From positions 553,912 through 617,911 of the forward strand of contig JAAOMT010000590.1 of the NCBI GenBank assembly GCA_016748015.1: a stretch of 64,000 bases of DNA, in the 5' to 3' direction. Below, in pieces: positions 12,501-26,381 of this stretch. The DNA is from Geosiphon pyriformis uo1 (Eukaryota > Fungi > Glomeromycota). Within the stretch, counting starts at the first letter, position 1. Every line of letters starts with the position of its first letter. Both the position numbers and the translations under genes were made by a program. The notes below the pieces were generated by a model. It did no database searches and was not told the origin of the DNA. It saw only the letters and a list, made by a program, of their open reading frames with translations.

Positions 12501-14279
12501 CATAACCTGCAGGTTTTGTGTTGGCGCCCTATTCATCTGTTGAGTTCTCCTGTTCGCATTCGTGTTAGCGCCTCTAATAATTTTTTGGCGGGTGTGGTGT
12601 GCGTGCTTTATAATTGCAAATTGTCATTGGGTAGATCCTTTCCCAATTCCTTTCATGCCAATAGTGGGATGCCCATGTCGACTGTTTTGGGTGAATCAGT
12701 TTTCTCTAGGTGTCTCCTTTCGCTTCAGTAGTATGGTGTGGCCTTTATAGACCAACTTTGTGATCATTATGGTATTGTCTTTGATTGGTCCACATTTAAG
12801 CGATGGAAGAAACTGGACCCCCATGGCCCTATTCCTGAGTGGTTCAGACTTTCTGCTGTGTTTCTTGCTGGTAAGGATTCCTTTCCTGCCTGCATCCCTC
12901 TTCTTACTAATATTGGTCTCTTGAACATTCTGGGTTCCTCTGGTTTTGTGTCTGTCTGTGATCGTTTTTCGCAAGTCAATGCAAGAGTGCTATTGGTCTA
13001 CACTGATGGATCATTAAGAAATTTGAGTATGGTTGACTGTGAAGCAAGTGCTGTGGCCTTTTTCAAGGACATTGGTGTGGGTTTGGGTGTTGGCATGTTT
13101 GGGTTGATGTCATCTACTATGGCTGAGTTATAGGCAATTGCATTGGCTCTCGAGTGTGTTCCTGTTTTTAGTGTTGTTTATTTATTTTCAGATAATCAGT
13201 CTGCTTTGGATGCTTGCAAATCGGAATTGGGTTTGGTGGTTCCTGATTTCCGTAATCAGTGTTGGGTTGAGCGTCAGCACATTGCCAACATCATTTACAG
13301 TAAGGGCCTAAGAGTTAACTGGCACAAAGTCAAAGGTCATTCTGGGATTTCGGGAAATGAGCATGCTGATGTGATTGCTGCTGCTGTTTCTGTTTCTGAC
13401 TGGTTTCTTCCTCTTCGCCTGGATGAACACTTTTTGATGGCTGATGGCAACATTGTCTCTGGCAATTCAAGGTGCTTCGTCCATGACACTTTTCATGCCA
13501 TGTGTTATGCACGTTGGGAGGTGGAGTTTGGTTCTAAATTTTTGCTTGTTGACTTGTGTGCTAATGTTGATTGGTCCCATTCTTCTTTGGTGTGGCATCC
13601 TGATTTGCATATGGCCACCAGTTTCACTAGCAAGATTTCGGCTAATGCGCGCTCTTATTTTATGAAGGCTTTGTATTATTGGTTGTCTGTGGCTGTTCAA
13701 AAACGGCTTTATAATAGACTTTATCCCAGTGTATTGTGTCTATATTGTGGTGATGTAGAGGTGTCGGATCATGTTTTTTCTTGTAAGGTTGATGATTCTG
13801 TTCGGTGTCAGTTGTTGGATTCGCACATAAACTCTTGGGAAACACTTTCTGGTTCTTTTGTCTCTTTTTCGGTTTTGTTGCAGTTGTTGTCATCTTGTGT
13901 TTCAGGGTTCTCAGTGTCTATGACTCTCCATAAGGGTTTTGTTTTTGATAAATGATTTGTTGAAGCTGTCTCTATCTTCCATAATCCCAAAGTGGCATGT
14001 TTGGAGGTCATTAATTTTGCGCATTCTCTTGGCCTCACTTTTAGAGATGAGATCTGATTGGTTCGGGCCAAACATCATGCCTATATGGAAAAGCACGGAC
14101 TGATTTCTTTAGATGGTTCATCTCTTATTTCAGTCTCCGGTTTGACTTCATGGCTTTCTGCTGGTGTGGTTGATTTGCTTGGTATTAATGAAGCTTTTGG
14201 TGTACATTTTGGTTTTCACAAGTCTTGTATGTTTTTTTCTGGTATTGGTGATTCAGCTTCTGTTTATATAGCTGTGTAG
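9591..14279 (+). pseudogene. LINE A ORF2: AP endonuclease, reverse transcriptase, RNase H, C-terminal CCHC
   Basis: APE: CNVRG, TETK, LGGNFN, IDYVF, DTDH. RT: MRKAYDSV, GLDQGE, FVDDT, YLG. RNase H: VYTDGS, WHKVKGHSGISGNEHAD. CCHC: CLYC-x7-H-x3-C. Many in-frame stops of the TGG>TGA, CAG>TAG and CGA>TGA type. Confidence 0.93.
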
Positions 14280-15166
14280 TGTTGTTCTGACTGGCCCGAA
14301 TGGCTGGTCACATGTAGAAAATGCATGATTCATGCCTAGTTTAGATCATTTCTTTGATGTATAGTGCTAGGTTGTGTGTGGACCTCACTTGTTAAATAAA
14401 TAAAAAAAAAAAAAAAACTTAATTTAAAACAAATTTAACAAATGTGTTTTTATTGCTATTATTTAAAACTAAAAAAAAATTATTATTTATAATCAAAACA
14501 AAATTAAATATAGTAATTTGTATTAATAATACAAAATTAGTAAAAATACTAAAAAAAGCCAAAATCATATTTTTTAATATTTTAAAAAAATTAATAACAA
14601 AATTAATAAAAAAAATTGATTTTTGCTATTTTAGTTTTTTTAATTATTTAAATAACAACAAAAAAAAGTAATTATAAAAAATAATAACTTTATTATTAGT
14701 TTATTGTTAAAATTTTTGAGACTATTTTATAGTAATAATAAAAACTAAAATTATTTTTAATATATTATATTAATAATTAAAGACTGTTTTGTTTTAGAAA
14801 AATACTTTAATAATTAAAAAAGCTTTTAAATAGTAATATTTTTAAAAACAATAAAAAACATAAAATTTAATAGTAACTTTACTTTTTATTAATTATAAAT
14901 TAAACAAAAAAAGTTGTTTTAGTAAATTGTATTTTATTTTAAATTATTAATTAATACATTTTTTAAATAAAAAACAAGTTTAATTTTCAATTATATTATT
15001 TTAATTTTTAATATTTTTTTTTTAAATTTTTTTTTTTTTTTTATTAAAGTTTAATGAATGGAGTTCAAACGTCACCTAGTGCTATACATTATACAAATGA
15101 TCTAAACTAAGCATGAATTATGCCTTTGCTACACGTGATCAGACACTTAGACTGGTCAGAATAATA

Positions 15167-18100
15167 CTATGCACTTATATAAACAGAAGTCAGATCACCA
15201 ACACTTACATAAAACAAACAATGCTTACAATACCCAAAACTGATGCCAAGTGCATCAGCAACACCCAACAACCTAATCACCTTAGCCAAAAGCCATGTAG
15301 AAAAACCAGAAACAGTGACAAAAATGGAACCATCACGTGGAATCAGCTTATTCTTCTCCATAATGGCTTGGTGTTTCACATGGACCAGCCAGATATTATC
15401 ATAAAATACAAGACAAAACTCACATACAAAATTCATAACATTGACCACTGCCACTTTAGAATCCTTGTAAACAGAAACAGATTTGCAATACCAATTACCG
15501 AAAACAAAGCTTTTACACAGGACCATATTAATAGTCACATCCAAAATGCAAGTCGACAATAACTGTAATACATATGAAGAAGAATGAAACAGACCAGAAT
15601 GCATCTTTCAGGCAGCTGCATAAATGTCCAACAAACTGGCACGACTATCAGCATCAGAAAAGCAAGAAAAGACATGGTCTGAGACTTCAATCTCACCACA
15701 GAACAAACAAACTACACTGGAATAACCCCTATTATACAGACGCTTTTGCACAGCAATAGAAAGGCAATAATGAAGGGCTTTCATGAAATATATACAAAAG
15801 CCAGCCATCCGAATACTAGTAAAACCAGTCGCCATGTGGGAATCCAGGTGCCACACCAGAGAGGACTTCAACCAGTCAATATCAGCACACAGACAACCTA
15901 AAACAACCCGAGAACCAGAACCAACTTCCTAATGCATGCGATTAATAGACCTGAATATGTCACGAACAAAATGCTTCGAATTACCAGAAACTGTATCAAC
16001 ACCAGCTTTCAAAAACCTCTCACTGACCAAGTGGGGCAGGTGCTAAGCAGAAAAGACAGCATTCTTAGCAAGCACATCAGCCCGCTCGTTGCCTAAAACA
16101 CCCGAATGGCCCTTAACCTTAATCCAATTAACATCCAAATTTTTGTGATAAATGACATTGGCGATGTGACGATGCTCAATCCAACAACAATTTCTGAAAT
16201 CAGGACCAACCGATAAAGACTCCAATCTGCAAGCATCTAAAGCCGTCTGGCTGTCCGAGAACAAGTCAACCAAACAAAAAGAAAGAACACACTCAAGAGC
16301 TAAAGCAATGGCCTGCAACTCCACTAAAGTAGAAGAAACCAAACCAGAAACCCCCACACCCAGACCCGAATCAATGTCCTTAAAGAAAACCGCAGCACTA
16401 GCCAACATGTTAACAGTGTCCAAGTTACTCAGAGACCCATCTGTGTACACAGAGAGGTGGGTGGCACCAACATTCAACAGATCATTACAAATAACACCAA
16501 AACCAAGAGACTGACAGATGTCAGAAAAGCCACAAACATCCTCATGAGGAGAATGACCAGAAGGAGAAGCCACACCACCAAGAAAACATATAGAAAGAGA
16601 AGCCATACCACCAAGAAAACATGCAGAGAGATCATACCAGGAGGGAACTGGGCCATGGAGGTCCAGTCTTTTCCAATGCTTGAAAGTCTTCCAATCAAAA
16701 ACAATGCCATTCTGGTTACAAAGCTGTTCTACGAAAGCTATACCATAACACTTAAGGAAAGAGACACATTTGAAGAAAATTGTTTCGCCGAGAACTAGAG
16801 ACATAGGAGTACCACTACAAAGATGAAAAGCACTGGCCAGAGAGCCATCCAAAGACAAATCACACCTGGAAAAAATATGAACCACATCTGCCAAAAAGTT
16901 GTTTGAAGGGCTGACTCTAACACAAACAGGAAACAACAAAGGGTAACGAGGACACCAGCTGAGAATCTGGAGATTGTAAGACCTATAAGAAAACAAGTGA
17001 CCCAAAACACCAACCAAATTTGCAAAAGCAATAACAGAAGCCGATGTTACAGGGGATTATTTTTGCTGTTGAAGTAAATAACAACTCGTAACTTGGTGCT
17101 TGTGAAGCTATTTTTATTGATGAGGTTCTGTGAGTGTTGTATCTGAAGGTTTTGATGGAGTTTTTTGTATAATGGACAGAGATTCAATAGTTGTTTTATC
17201 CGTAGCTTCCCAGACTTGCAAATCTATTAATTCTTTTCTCGGCTTGGTGGCTGGCAATCCTCTGGTAAGTAATCTGTATCTTCTGTATGTGTCTTACCCT
17301 CTTGCAAGGGTCTTTTACCAGGCAATCCTTGATGTCAATAATCAGCACTTTTCAATCAATGAGTTAATGCACAATAATAAATCAAAATAAAATAAAGAAA
17401 AATAAGAGAAAAATAAAGAAAGAAAAGAAATAAGCCAAGGCGATTTGCAGATTAGTATCCCGTTAATAGCTATGATCAAGAGCTATTGTTCCAGTGTGGT
17501 TAAGTATCACTTATTATCAACATAAAGTGTTGATAGTGGAGAGTGAATTGAGATATGGAATAATTATTTATTTGATGATTTTTGTTTTTAGGCTAAGGAT
17601 TCTGTGGTATCGATTCTGTCTTTTCTGTTTCTAACACTATCACTATATATACATAATTAAGATTCCTCAATTCCTCGATTCTTCATGACAGGAATCCTGG
17701 AATTCCTGGAATCCTGTGATTCCTGAGAGGAATCCTGGAATTTCACATTTACTACGCTTACTTCTGATTGGCTAATAATTATGCTAATATATTTTCTATA
17801 TTTCTATAAATAACACCGATTTGCTCTCAGCTTGAATCTGCTCAAAAGGTTTTAAATTGTACAAGAAAGGATGATGAAGCACATCATTGGAAAAGTCCAA
17901 AAGCAGCCCAAATTTGGACTTCAGGCCCTTATGAATCAAAGTGTCCCATTTATTATACACACTGAGAGGAATAAAACTGAACTGAGTTCTGTAGCTGACA
18001 ATAAAAAAGAGAACTAAAGACACCAAATAAGCAAACTGTTTATCTAAAATAACTTTTCTCAGAATAAAATTGACAAAAAACCGAACATTCGAATGCATCT

Positions 18101-20663
18101 TAACCAAGCTAGACTTCAAAAGACCTTCAAAAGATAAAAAAATCTCCAGATAACAATGAAGTTTATCTCTTTTAGCAATGGAAATTGGCATACCACTGAT
18201 AGTTAGGTAAAAAGCAGCGACCTAACAGTTGATAGAAATGGCCACAGTCTTGTCATTGTTTATCAAAATGTCATTTAAATGAAAGAAATCATTAGCAACA
18301 TTGAGGATGTATTGTATAGCAGCCTGGCTGCTACCAACCCAGATAGTATCATCAACAAAAACACCAGCGGCCAGAAACAATGTCAGCCCAGCTTGAGATT
18401 CCATCTGGCCAGTCTTAAAAATGAAATGAGAAATCAACCTGTAATCACAAATGCTCTTCTGTTTCTTAACTTCACACAAAAGTGAGTCATAAAATATGCA
18501 CTAGAGAAGTGGTGAAAAAACCTCCCCCTGATTCAACTCATCGTGAACATGATATTCATCAGTCAAACCAAAATCTGTCATCACTCTATTAGTGTGATCA
18601 TTATGAATGCTACTAAAAAATTTGATAAATTTGTTACACATTTTGACTTTGATCAAACTCCTCTTGAGATGCTCTCAACCAACAGAATCATAAGCTTTGC
18701 GCATATTCTGTAAAACCAGCCACAATTCTTGGTTCTTTTCCAAAGCATCTTCAATCACTGAACCAATAGCAAAGATAGGTGATTGAATAGACGTACCTTT
18801 CAGGACAGAGAAATTGTCCCCACGGAAGACATCAAAAGTACTATAAGCCAGAGAGATCCAATCTGAAAAAATCTTGGAAAGGACTTTGCGAGCTGTCTCA
18901 ATCAAAGCAATAGGGCAGGTATTTATAAGAACCCCCTCCCACTTGTAAGATTTAGAAATCATCAAGACCCAAGCTTCCCTCCAAGGTTCAGGCACTAACT
19001 CACAATCCAAACAAAAATTTAAGAGCACCAAAAGCATATCCAAGACTGACTTGTTACAGTGTTTCCAAAGTTCATTAGTGATACCAGAAAAACCAGCTGC
19101 TTTCCCATCAGACAAATTTGAAATAACACCAAACATCTCATTAAAACTGATTGAATGCATTACATTAGAGAAAGCACTATCGAAGACATAATCCAAAGGC
19201 CAAAATTGTCTTGCCCAATCACCAGAGATATCAGAAGCCACTACATGTTTCCTAGTCCAACTCTCCATGATTCCATCCACCTTAGATTTAACCAAATCAG
19301 GCTCCAAGACCAACTCCTTACCATCCACCAAATAATTCAACACCACTTTACGAAAAGGACACTCCAAAACACTTCTAATGGTATAACCCTTATTTACCTC
19401 AAAACTCTCCATTCTCTTCTCAATAGCCTGCCTTATACAAGATTCTTCAGCATGCTTAGATTTTAATAACTTAGAAGAGCAGTAAGACTTCTTCGCCTTA
19501 GTCAGCCTAAAACAGATCACATCAAAACCAGCACCAGAAAAAAACAGAGATTTCATTGATGAAGCGCTCATAGAATCAAGCCTGTTTCAAGTATCCAACA
19601 ACAAGGCAAAATCCCTGCCAAAAACCAACTGAGAAGCTTTCACCAGTTTAGACACAAGTAGCTCCAGTTTATGAAACCGGAAAGATACCTTATTAAAAAC
19701 ACAATCGAAACTTTTAAACCATTTTTTCTTGAACATTCCACCAGCCGAAAAAACCATAACCTTACGAACAATATCCTATATCACATCCAGATCAGAAAAC
19801 TGCTTAGCTGCAACAAACTCATCCGAGAACATAACAGCATTAGCAGCCATAGCATTCCTGAATTCTGACCACTTAATCTTACTGGCATTTTTGATATCAT
19901 ATTTCCAACAATCTCTATTAGCTTGTTTGTGCAGTGAGTTTAACTGGACATTGAACAAACCACCCAGACCCACAGAAACATAAACAGCCTTGTGATTGGT
20001 ATTAAAATAGTCCTCAATGCCATCCACACCACAATTCACCACTGCACCAACCAAATTAGAAGAAATGAACACATAGTCAATTGTCTTAGTGATACCATGA
20101 GAATTGTACCAAGTAAGTGACTTTACAAAAGAGCTTCTCTTCAGAGAGTTAATCAAACCCAAATCAAAACACTTTTTGAAACTGGCACATTTGTGCGAAC
20201 TATCCTCATTAAAATCACCACCAAAAATAACAAAAGAAGACTCATTAATGGCTTTAGCAATGAGAGAGTTGATCTCACCAGCCTAAGAAAACCGAACCAC
20301 TGATGAAGCACCAGCATAGAGCCCCAAAATAGACACTGAAAGTTTATTTTTGAAAAGAAACTTGATGGATAGGAGCCAACCAGGCATCTCAGAAACCTTG
20401 TAGACATGTTTTGCCAAAGAAGAATTCACGATGATTAACACCCCAGCATCCAAAAAACCAGAATCTAGACCAGAAGTAAAAACCCAAATATCATCAAATT
20501 TGTCGGCCAACTATGGGCAAACTTTTTCTTTAAGTTTCAACTCCATAAAAATAGAAACCAAATTGTTCATATTCTTGTGCCAATGAATAACATTATCTTG
20601 CTTTGCAGGATTGTTCAACCCACGAACATTACACATAGCAATTTTCTATACCAGACCACTCAT
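15167..20663 (-). pseudogene. LINE B ORF2 (APE-RT-RNaseH-CCHC), disrupted
   Basis: TIDYVF, MRKAYDSVG, FVDDT, VYTDGS, WIKVKGHSGVLGNERAD, CLFCGEIEVSDHVFSC. Split at 17045-17815. Confidence 0.92.
17045..17815 (-). mobile_element. Solo LTR (771 bp) related to the Gypsy LTRs at 39973 and 49275
   Basis: TGTTA...TAACA termini and a perfect 4-bp TSD CCGA (17041-17044, 17816-17819). Collinear with 39973-40857. The LINE ORF2 frame rejoins across it. Confidence 0.95.
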
Positions 20664-22447
20664 TGAAAAAAAAGTAGAGAAAGAGCACCACCTGCCAAAG
20701 CCAAACCATTCAAGTGTGCTGAAAGAATCATAACCGAAGCAGAGAGATCTTCCAACATGTTTTCCAATTTCACAACCTCAGGTGAGGCAGTTGAACTCAG
20801 AATAACAGCAGTCTTGTTACTAGTGGCATTACCCGAACTCACTCCCATTACTATATCCTCCCTTTGATTCTGTGATGGGGGGGTCACTGGCAGCTGACAT
20901 TCAGGGCTAGACTGAGAAACTGCCAGCACAAATGATTTCAATCTCTTAGTTAACTCACCAATTTGTCCCATAAGGCTGACAAGACTGCTTTCAATGCAAA
21001 CCAAACATTTTTCCAAATCATCCGCAGCAGAAAAAAGAGATTTACCAACATTGTCAGAACCAAAAAGTGAACTAGCACCATGAGAATTGCACACCAGAGG
21101 AGCACCAACAACTGATGCCCAAGTCTTACTACTGAAGGCCAATGGACAAGAAATGGGTGCAGATTTCCGAGTATAGATAGTTGTGAATTTGACCTGATCT
21201 TGAGCAGAAAGAGATGCCTTTTTGCCCTTTGGGGTTGAACCAACCTTAACCAAAACACAATTGAGAGATGTATAACCAGAAAAACTGCAGATCAAGCACA
21301 GTGCCAAAAAGAGGCAGGACCAGTAAAGGCCAATCCCTTTTATAACTGGAGTTGCAGCCATCACACTAACCAGATCAGATTCAGACCTGAAGCAAACAGT
21401 AGTACAGTAAGCATGAGTATAGCTAACAGAATTATGATCAATAACACATGTTTTCCCACCAATCGAACCAACAAAATCCCAAAAGTCATGAGTATTTGTC
21501 CCTACAAGAAGAGTGTATAGCAGCGCTCTGAATTTGTTCTTAGAATCCCACATCTGTTTGTCAACATCAGCTCTGGCCACATGTACTGCATCTTTTTCAA
21601 TAAGGATAGACCATTTGGATGCCAAGAAATCAGCCTGATTCTGAACTTCTAATTCAACAATCGCTTTTTGCCACAGACCCACAAGTTGCATCTTAATCGA
21701 CTTAATCAATCCAAACTCGGACATGGCAGTGCACACAGTCTCTACAGAAGTTCTCACAGAAATTTCTTTCATCACAATTGCCTGATCTGTATGGTTGTTC
21801 AAAAAACACTTGAGATCAGTGTTTACCACAACACCACAATCATTTGCTAATTTCCCAGCAGCCATCATTGCCTTTTCTGAAGTGAAAGTTACATGAATAA
21901 TTCTACCAAATTTTGAGAGAGTAGAAGCCCCTCCAAAACTATTTACAATTGAAAAAATTTTCCTGATAAAACTCAATTTTTCCTAAGAGGACTTCCCAGT
22001 GATGGCCACAAGATCAATATCTAAAGTGAAGGATTTGTGAACAGTCGGTTTGATAGGTAGAGGGGACAGGAGAAGAGAAAAATTGTCTAACATGTCATCA
22101 TCTATATTGACAGTACTATAATTAATTACACCCAGAGACTTCTCTAACATCTTTTTGGTCTTTACACATAAACCCTTTGACATCTAATTAGGATCCCCTT
22201 CCATGAAAGCACCACCCTCACCATAGTCAATACTGGTTTTTTCAACCAAGCACTCCTCTTCTATGTCAATACTCTCAGACTCAGTAGTGTTACCTGTCTC
22301 AAAACTCTATGAATGAGCACTAAAAGCTTCAGCAGCAACTTTTCTATTATCAATACCCTCTGTCAATACACCTCCTTTTCTCTTCTTTCTTGACACAACT
22401 GTCTTGAAACCACTCTCAGAACCAGAAACTTTAATAATCTTCTTCAT
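20660..22447 (-). pseudogene. LINE B ORF1
   Basis: ORFs 21983-22183 and 20660-21976 contain KSFTLDIDL, GLWQKAIVE and CLICSFSGYTSLNC, homologous to ORF1 of copies A and D. Confidence 0.85.
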
Positions 22448-22699
22448 AATAGTAATAACAGAACCAACAGTGGCCTCATAATCGAAGAATAGTTTTGATT
22501 TATCGTACTGAATGATAAAAAAACTTCTTTCAAAAAAACTTTTGACTCTTTTTTGGGAATTTTGAATGAAGAAGAGAAAAAAGTTTATTATTGTTTTTTT
22601 AAATTGTAAATCAATTTTTATTTAATTTTTATTTAATTTAATTTAATTTTAATAAAATGTGTTTAAACACTATTTAATATAATATATCAAATTAAATAA

Positions 22700-24403
22700 C
22701 TTAAATTAAATATATTTTATGTATTTTTTACATATGACTAATTATTTAAATCAATTAAAATATTAACTAAATTAAAAAAAGCTAAAAACAAATCCAGTTT
22801 ATTAAATTTTTTAATAATATTATTTAAATTTTAAGTATCAAAAATAAAATTACTAAAAAACAATTTGGTTTGTTTAATACTATTTTTAATATTAAGATTC
22901 TATATTTATTATAAAGCTATTATATAATTATAAGTATTTTTATTTAAAAAAAGTGTTTTAATAGTATTAAGCTTATTTTTATCTATATTATTAATTAAAA
23001 TTAATTTTAAAATTAACAAAGTTCTTAAATATGTTAGTTAAAAGAATAGTAAAATTTTTAAAATATTAACTATAATAAAAAAAATTTTTTCTATTTTATA
23101 ATTTTTGCACATATTTTTAATTAAAAAAAAAGTAATAAAAATAACCAAAAAATCAATTAATTTAATAATAGATTCAACCAAATTAACCAAGTTCTTAATA
23201 TAAAATTCCAAAAAATTCAGTTTAAATTTGAACTTGAATTAATACTAAAAGCAATCAAAAAACAATACAAGAAAAAATCAATAGAACAAAAATCTTAATA
23301 TAAGATTTTTTATTAATTAAAAATAACACAAAAGACTTAAATAATAATTTAGAAAATAATAATAATAATACTCTGTAATTTTTAGACAGATAATTTAAAT
23401 TTTAATATTTGCAACAATAATAGTACTTAAAAATTTTTTATTAAATATAATATTTATATAAAATACCAGTTTTAACAACAGCAAATTTCAAAAATTTATT
23501 AAATTTAAATAAAACATTAATAATAATAAAAATTAAGAAAACAAAAAATAAAGCAAATATTATTACCAACTTAAAAAATCAAATTACTAATTTTAAAAAC
23601 AATATAACTAAAAAAAAATTAATTAATTTAGTAATAAAAGTATTATAAAAAATAATAATCTTTTTTTAATTAAAAAAAATTTGAATACTGTCTTTTTTTA
23701 CCAGCACAAATTAGTTATTAAAAACAATAATAGCAAAAAAAAGTTCTTAAAATAAACAATAATATATAAAATAAGATAGTTAGTTTTAACTTAATTAAAG
23801 TAAATAACATTACAAACACCAAAAACATTTTTAATATTATTAAAAAATGTTTCAAAAAAAAAACCAGAAGTTATTACAAAAAATTTTGTAATTTTAAGTA
23901 TAATTAAAAAAAAACTACCAATAAAAACTTTAACAATAGCAATTAAAAAAGTCTTAAAAGCAAAATTTACACAAAACAACTTAATATTAATTTTTAAAAC
24001 TGACTTAAATTTAACAAAGTTAAACAGCAAATAAAACAAAAAATTAATTAAGATTAATTTGATTTTAATATATAGCTTTAAGTATTAAAGTAAAAGCTAT
24101 TCACTTAGAAAATTTTTGATGACTGAAAATTGTTTTTTAGACACTACCAAAAACAGAACCAGAAAACAAAAAAAGAATATTAATTCTGTTTTTATTTAAT
24201 TAAACCAATGTTTAAAATTGAATAACCTAATAAATTAATTTGTTTTAAAAACTGAAAATAATTTGTTAAAAACATTATATTTGGCAACATAGCCAGAAGA
24301 TATGTTATTTATATTAAGAAGAGAACTAATTGTTGCTGGGAAAATTTTTTCCAAGATTTTATCTAAAATTATAAAAGAGTTTGGTATAACAATAACAGAT
24401 GCA
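22700..24403 (-). mobile_element. AT-eroded LINE relic (ORF1 and start of ORF2), cut by the assembly gap
   Basis: The minus strand near 23680-23712 reads FVLVKKDSIQI (ORF1 WSxLVGKDSVRV). A decayed knuckle lies near 23372-23420 and an NVQ-like APE start near 23110. Confidence 0.5.
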
Positions 24404-25313
24404 NNNNNNNNNNNNNNNNNNNNNNNNNNNNNNNNNNNNNNNNNNNNNNNNNNNNNNNNNNNNNNNNNNNNNNNNNNNNNNNNNNNNNNNNNNNNNNNNN
24501 NNNNNNNNNNNNNNNNNNNNNNNNNNNNNNNNNNNNNNNNNNNNNNNNNNNNNNNNNNNNNNNNNNNNNNNNNNNNNNNNNNNNNNNNNNNNNNNNNNNN
24601 NNNNNNNNNNNNNNNNNNNNNNNNNNNNNNNNNNNNNNNNNNNNNNNNNNNNNNNNNNNNNNNNNNNNNNNNNNNNNNNNNNNNNNNNNNNNNNNNNNNN
24701 NNNNNNNNNNNNNNNNNNNNNNNNNNNNNNNNNNNNNNNNNNNNNNNNNNNNNNNNNNNNNNNNNNNNNNNNNNNNNNNNNNNNNNNNNNNNNNNNNNNN
24801 NNNNNNNNNNNNNNNNNNNNNNNNNNNNNNNNNNNNNNNNNNNNNNNNNNNNNNNNNNNNNNNNNNNNNNNNNNNNNNNNNNNNNNNNNNNNNNNNNNNN
24901 NNNNNNNNNNNNNNNNNNNNNNNNNNNNNNNNNNNNNNNNNNNNNNNNNNNNNNNNNNNNNNNNNNNNNNNNNNNNNNNNNNNNNNNNNNNNNNNNNNNN
25001 NNNNNNNNNNNNNNNNNNNNNNNNNNNNNNNNNNNNNNNNNNNNNNNNNNNNNNNNNNNNNNNNNNNNNNNNNNNNNNNNNNNNNNNNNNNNNNNNNNNN
25101 NNNNNNNNNNNNNNNNNNNNNNNNNNNNNNNNNNNNNNNNNNNNNNNNNNNNNNNNNNNNNNNNNNNNNNNNNNNNNNNNNNNNNNNNNNNNNNNNNNNN
25201 NNNNNNNNNNNNNNNNNNNNNNNNNNNNNNNNNNNNNNNNNNNNNNNNNNNNNNNNNNNNNNNNNNNNNNNNNNNNNNNNNNNNNNNNNNNNNNNNNNNN
25301 NNNNNNNNNNNNN
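24404..25313. other. Assembly gap (910 N)
   Basis: Run of N. The three poly-X ORFs spanning it are artefacts. Confidence 1.
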
Positions 25314-25455
25314 AAGGAATATATAAAAAGGTTGGTATGACTGGCTCTTTTTTTTTTTTTTTTTTCTGTTAAATTCAAAATTTATGGATTATTTTGATGA
25401 TGGTTTCTAATGATAAAATAAAAAGTACATGAGCCTGAGCCTGAGCATGAGTCTG

Positions 25456-25456
<1 letters not shown>

Positions 25457-25508
<52 letters not shown>

Positions 25509-25509
25509 C
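25457..25509. repeat. (ATT)n microsatellite, preceded by short (C/A)TGAGC hexamer repeats at 25428-25456
   Basis: Seen directly. Confidence 0.95.
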
Positions 25510-26381
25510 ATTTATTTATTTTTAAAAGTTGATTTTATATCAAAATAATAATCTTTATTGAGTAACTTGATTTCTTACACAATTTTAAATAAGTCCAAAT
25601 ATTTAATAATGAATGAATTACAATACACAAAATAGTCATTTACAAAGTAAAATGTATAAAACGGGTTTAAAAAAAAAGTTTCTAATAAACTCAAGTTAAA
25701 TTAATTAATTCAATTTAATTCAATTTAAATAAACCTTAAACTGTTAGGAAATCACTCGAAATTTCATAAAATATATGAGCTGTTTTCCCGTTATCATCAT
25801 ATTTCAACTTTGAAACTCTTGAATCCATATCAAATCTCAAAACTGTCGAAATATTACAAAATATATAAGAAATATTATAACACGTTTCATTTGTCGTTTA
25901 ATCAGAGAAATATCCTCAAAAATGGCTATAGTTCTTGTCTTGATTAGATTTTAGTCATCAAGCTGTTTTATCAATAAATGGGACTTGTTTTATGCTACCA
26001 ATTTTTCGGAACAAGAAGTTTCGTATAAATTCAATACGCATTAATACCCTCTAAATTCACTTTACCAATATTGAAATGATTAATCTTGAAAACTGGGAAA
26101 TTTATTTCGCCAAATCCTAGATTTTTTCAAGATACTTTATTTGTAATATCTTGTGTTTTAACATAATTTTTTGATAAAAAAGTTGCAATTAAAAATTTTT
26201 TTGCTAGTAAATAAATATTTGCAGCTTAATATGAACTCTACCATATTACCTGTGCTCCATAAATTCGATATCCCTTAAAAATTATTACATTTGTATAATA
26301 AGATGAAAATGGAATTTATTCATGTGTTATATCAATTCAATATTTTTTGTATGGTTAAAATCATCTGCAAAAATCATGTTT

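Larger units (their letters stand above)
7576..14417 (+). mobile_element. Full-length LINE copy A (ORF1 plus APE-RT-RNaseH-CCHC ORF2), inactivated
   Basis: Pyrimidine-rich 5' end shared with the other copies, two ORFs, conserved 3' UTR and poly(A) tail at 14402-14417. No clear TSD. Confidence 0.95.
15027..22583 (-). mobile_element. Full-length LINE copy B, tail-to-tail with copy A, interrupted by a solo LTR
   Basis: Poly(T) at 15027-15042, 3' UTR homologous to copy A, ORF2 fragments 15167-20663, ORF1 about 20660-22447. The 5' end CTTTTTTCTCTTCTTCATTCAAAATTCCCAAAAAAGAGTCA resembles copy A. Confidence 0.95.

Noticed and set aside
10914-13893. Antisense and alternate-frame ORFs over LINE ORF2 (also within 16308-21850 and 56576-61398)
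   Set aside because: Shadows of the coding frame, without motifs of their own.
7576-22583. Convergent LINEs A and B as a hairpin/dsRNA source or composite transposon
   Set aside because: Different subfamilies with dense mismatches and no shared TSD; independent insertions are the simpler explanation.
24302-25378. Three long ORFs
   Set aside because: They are made almost entirely of N bases across the assembly gap.
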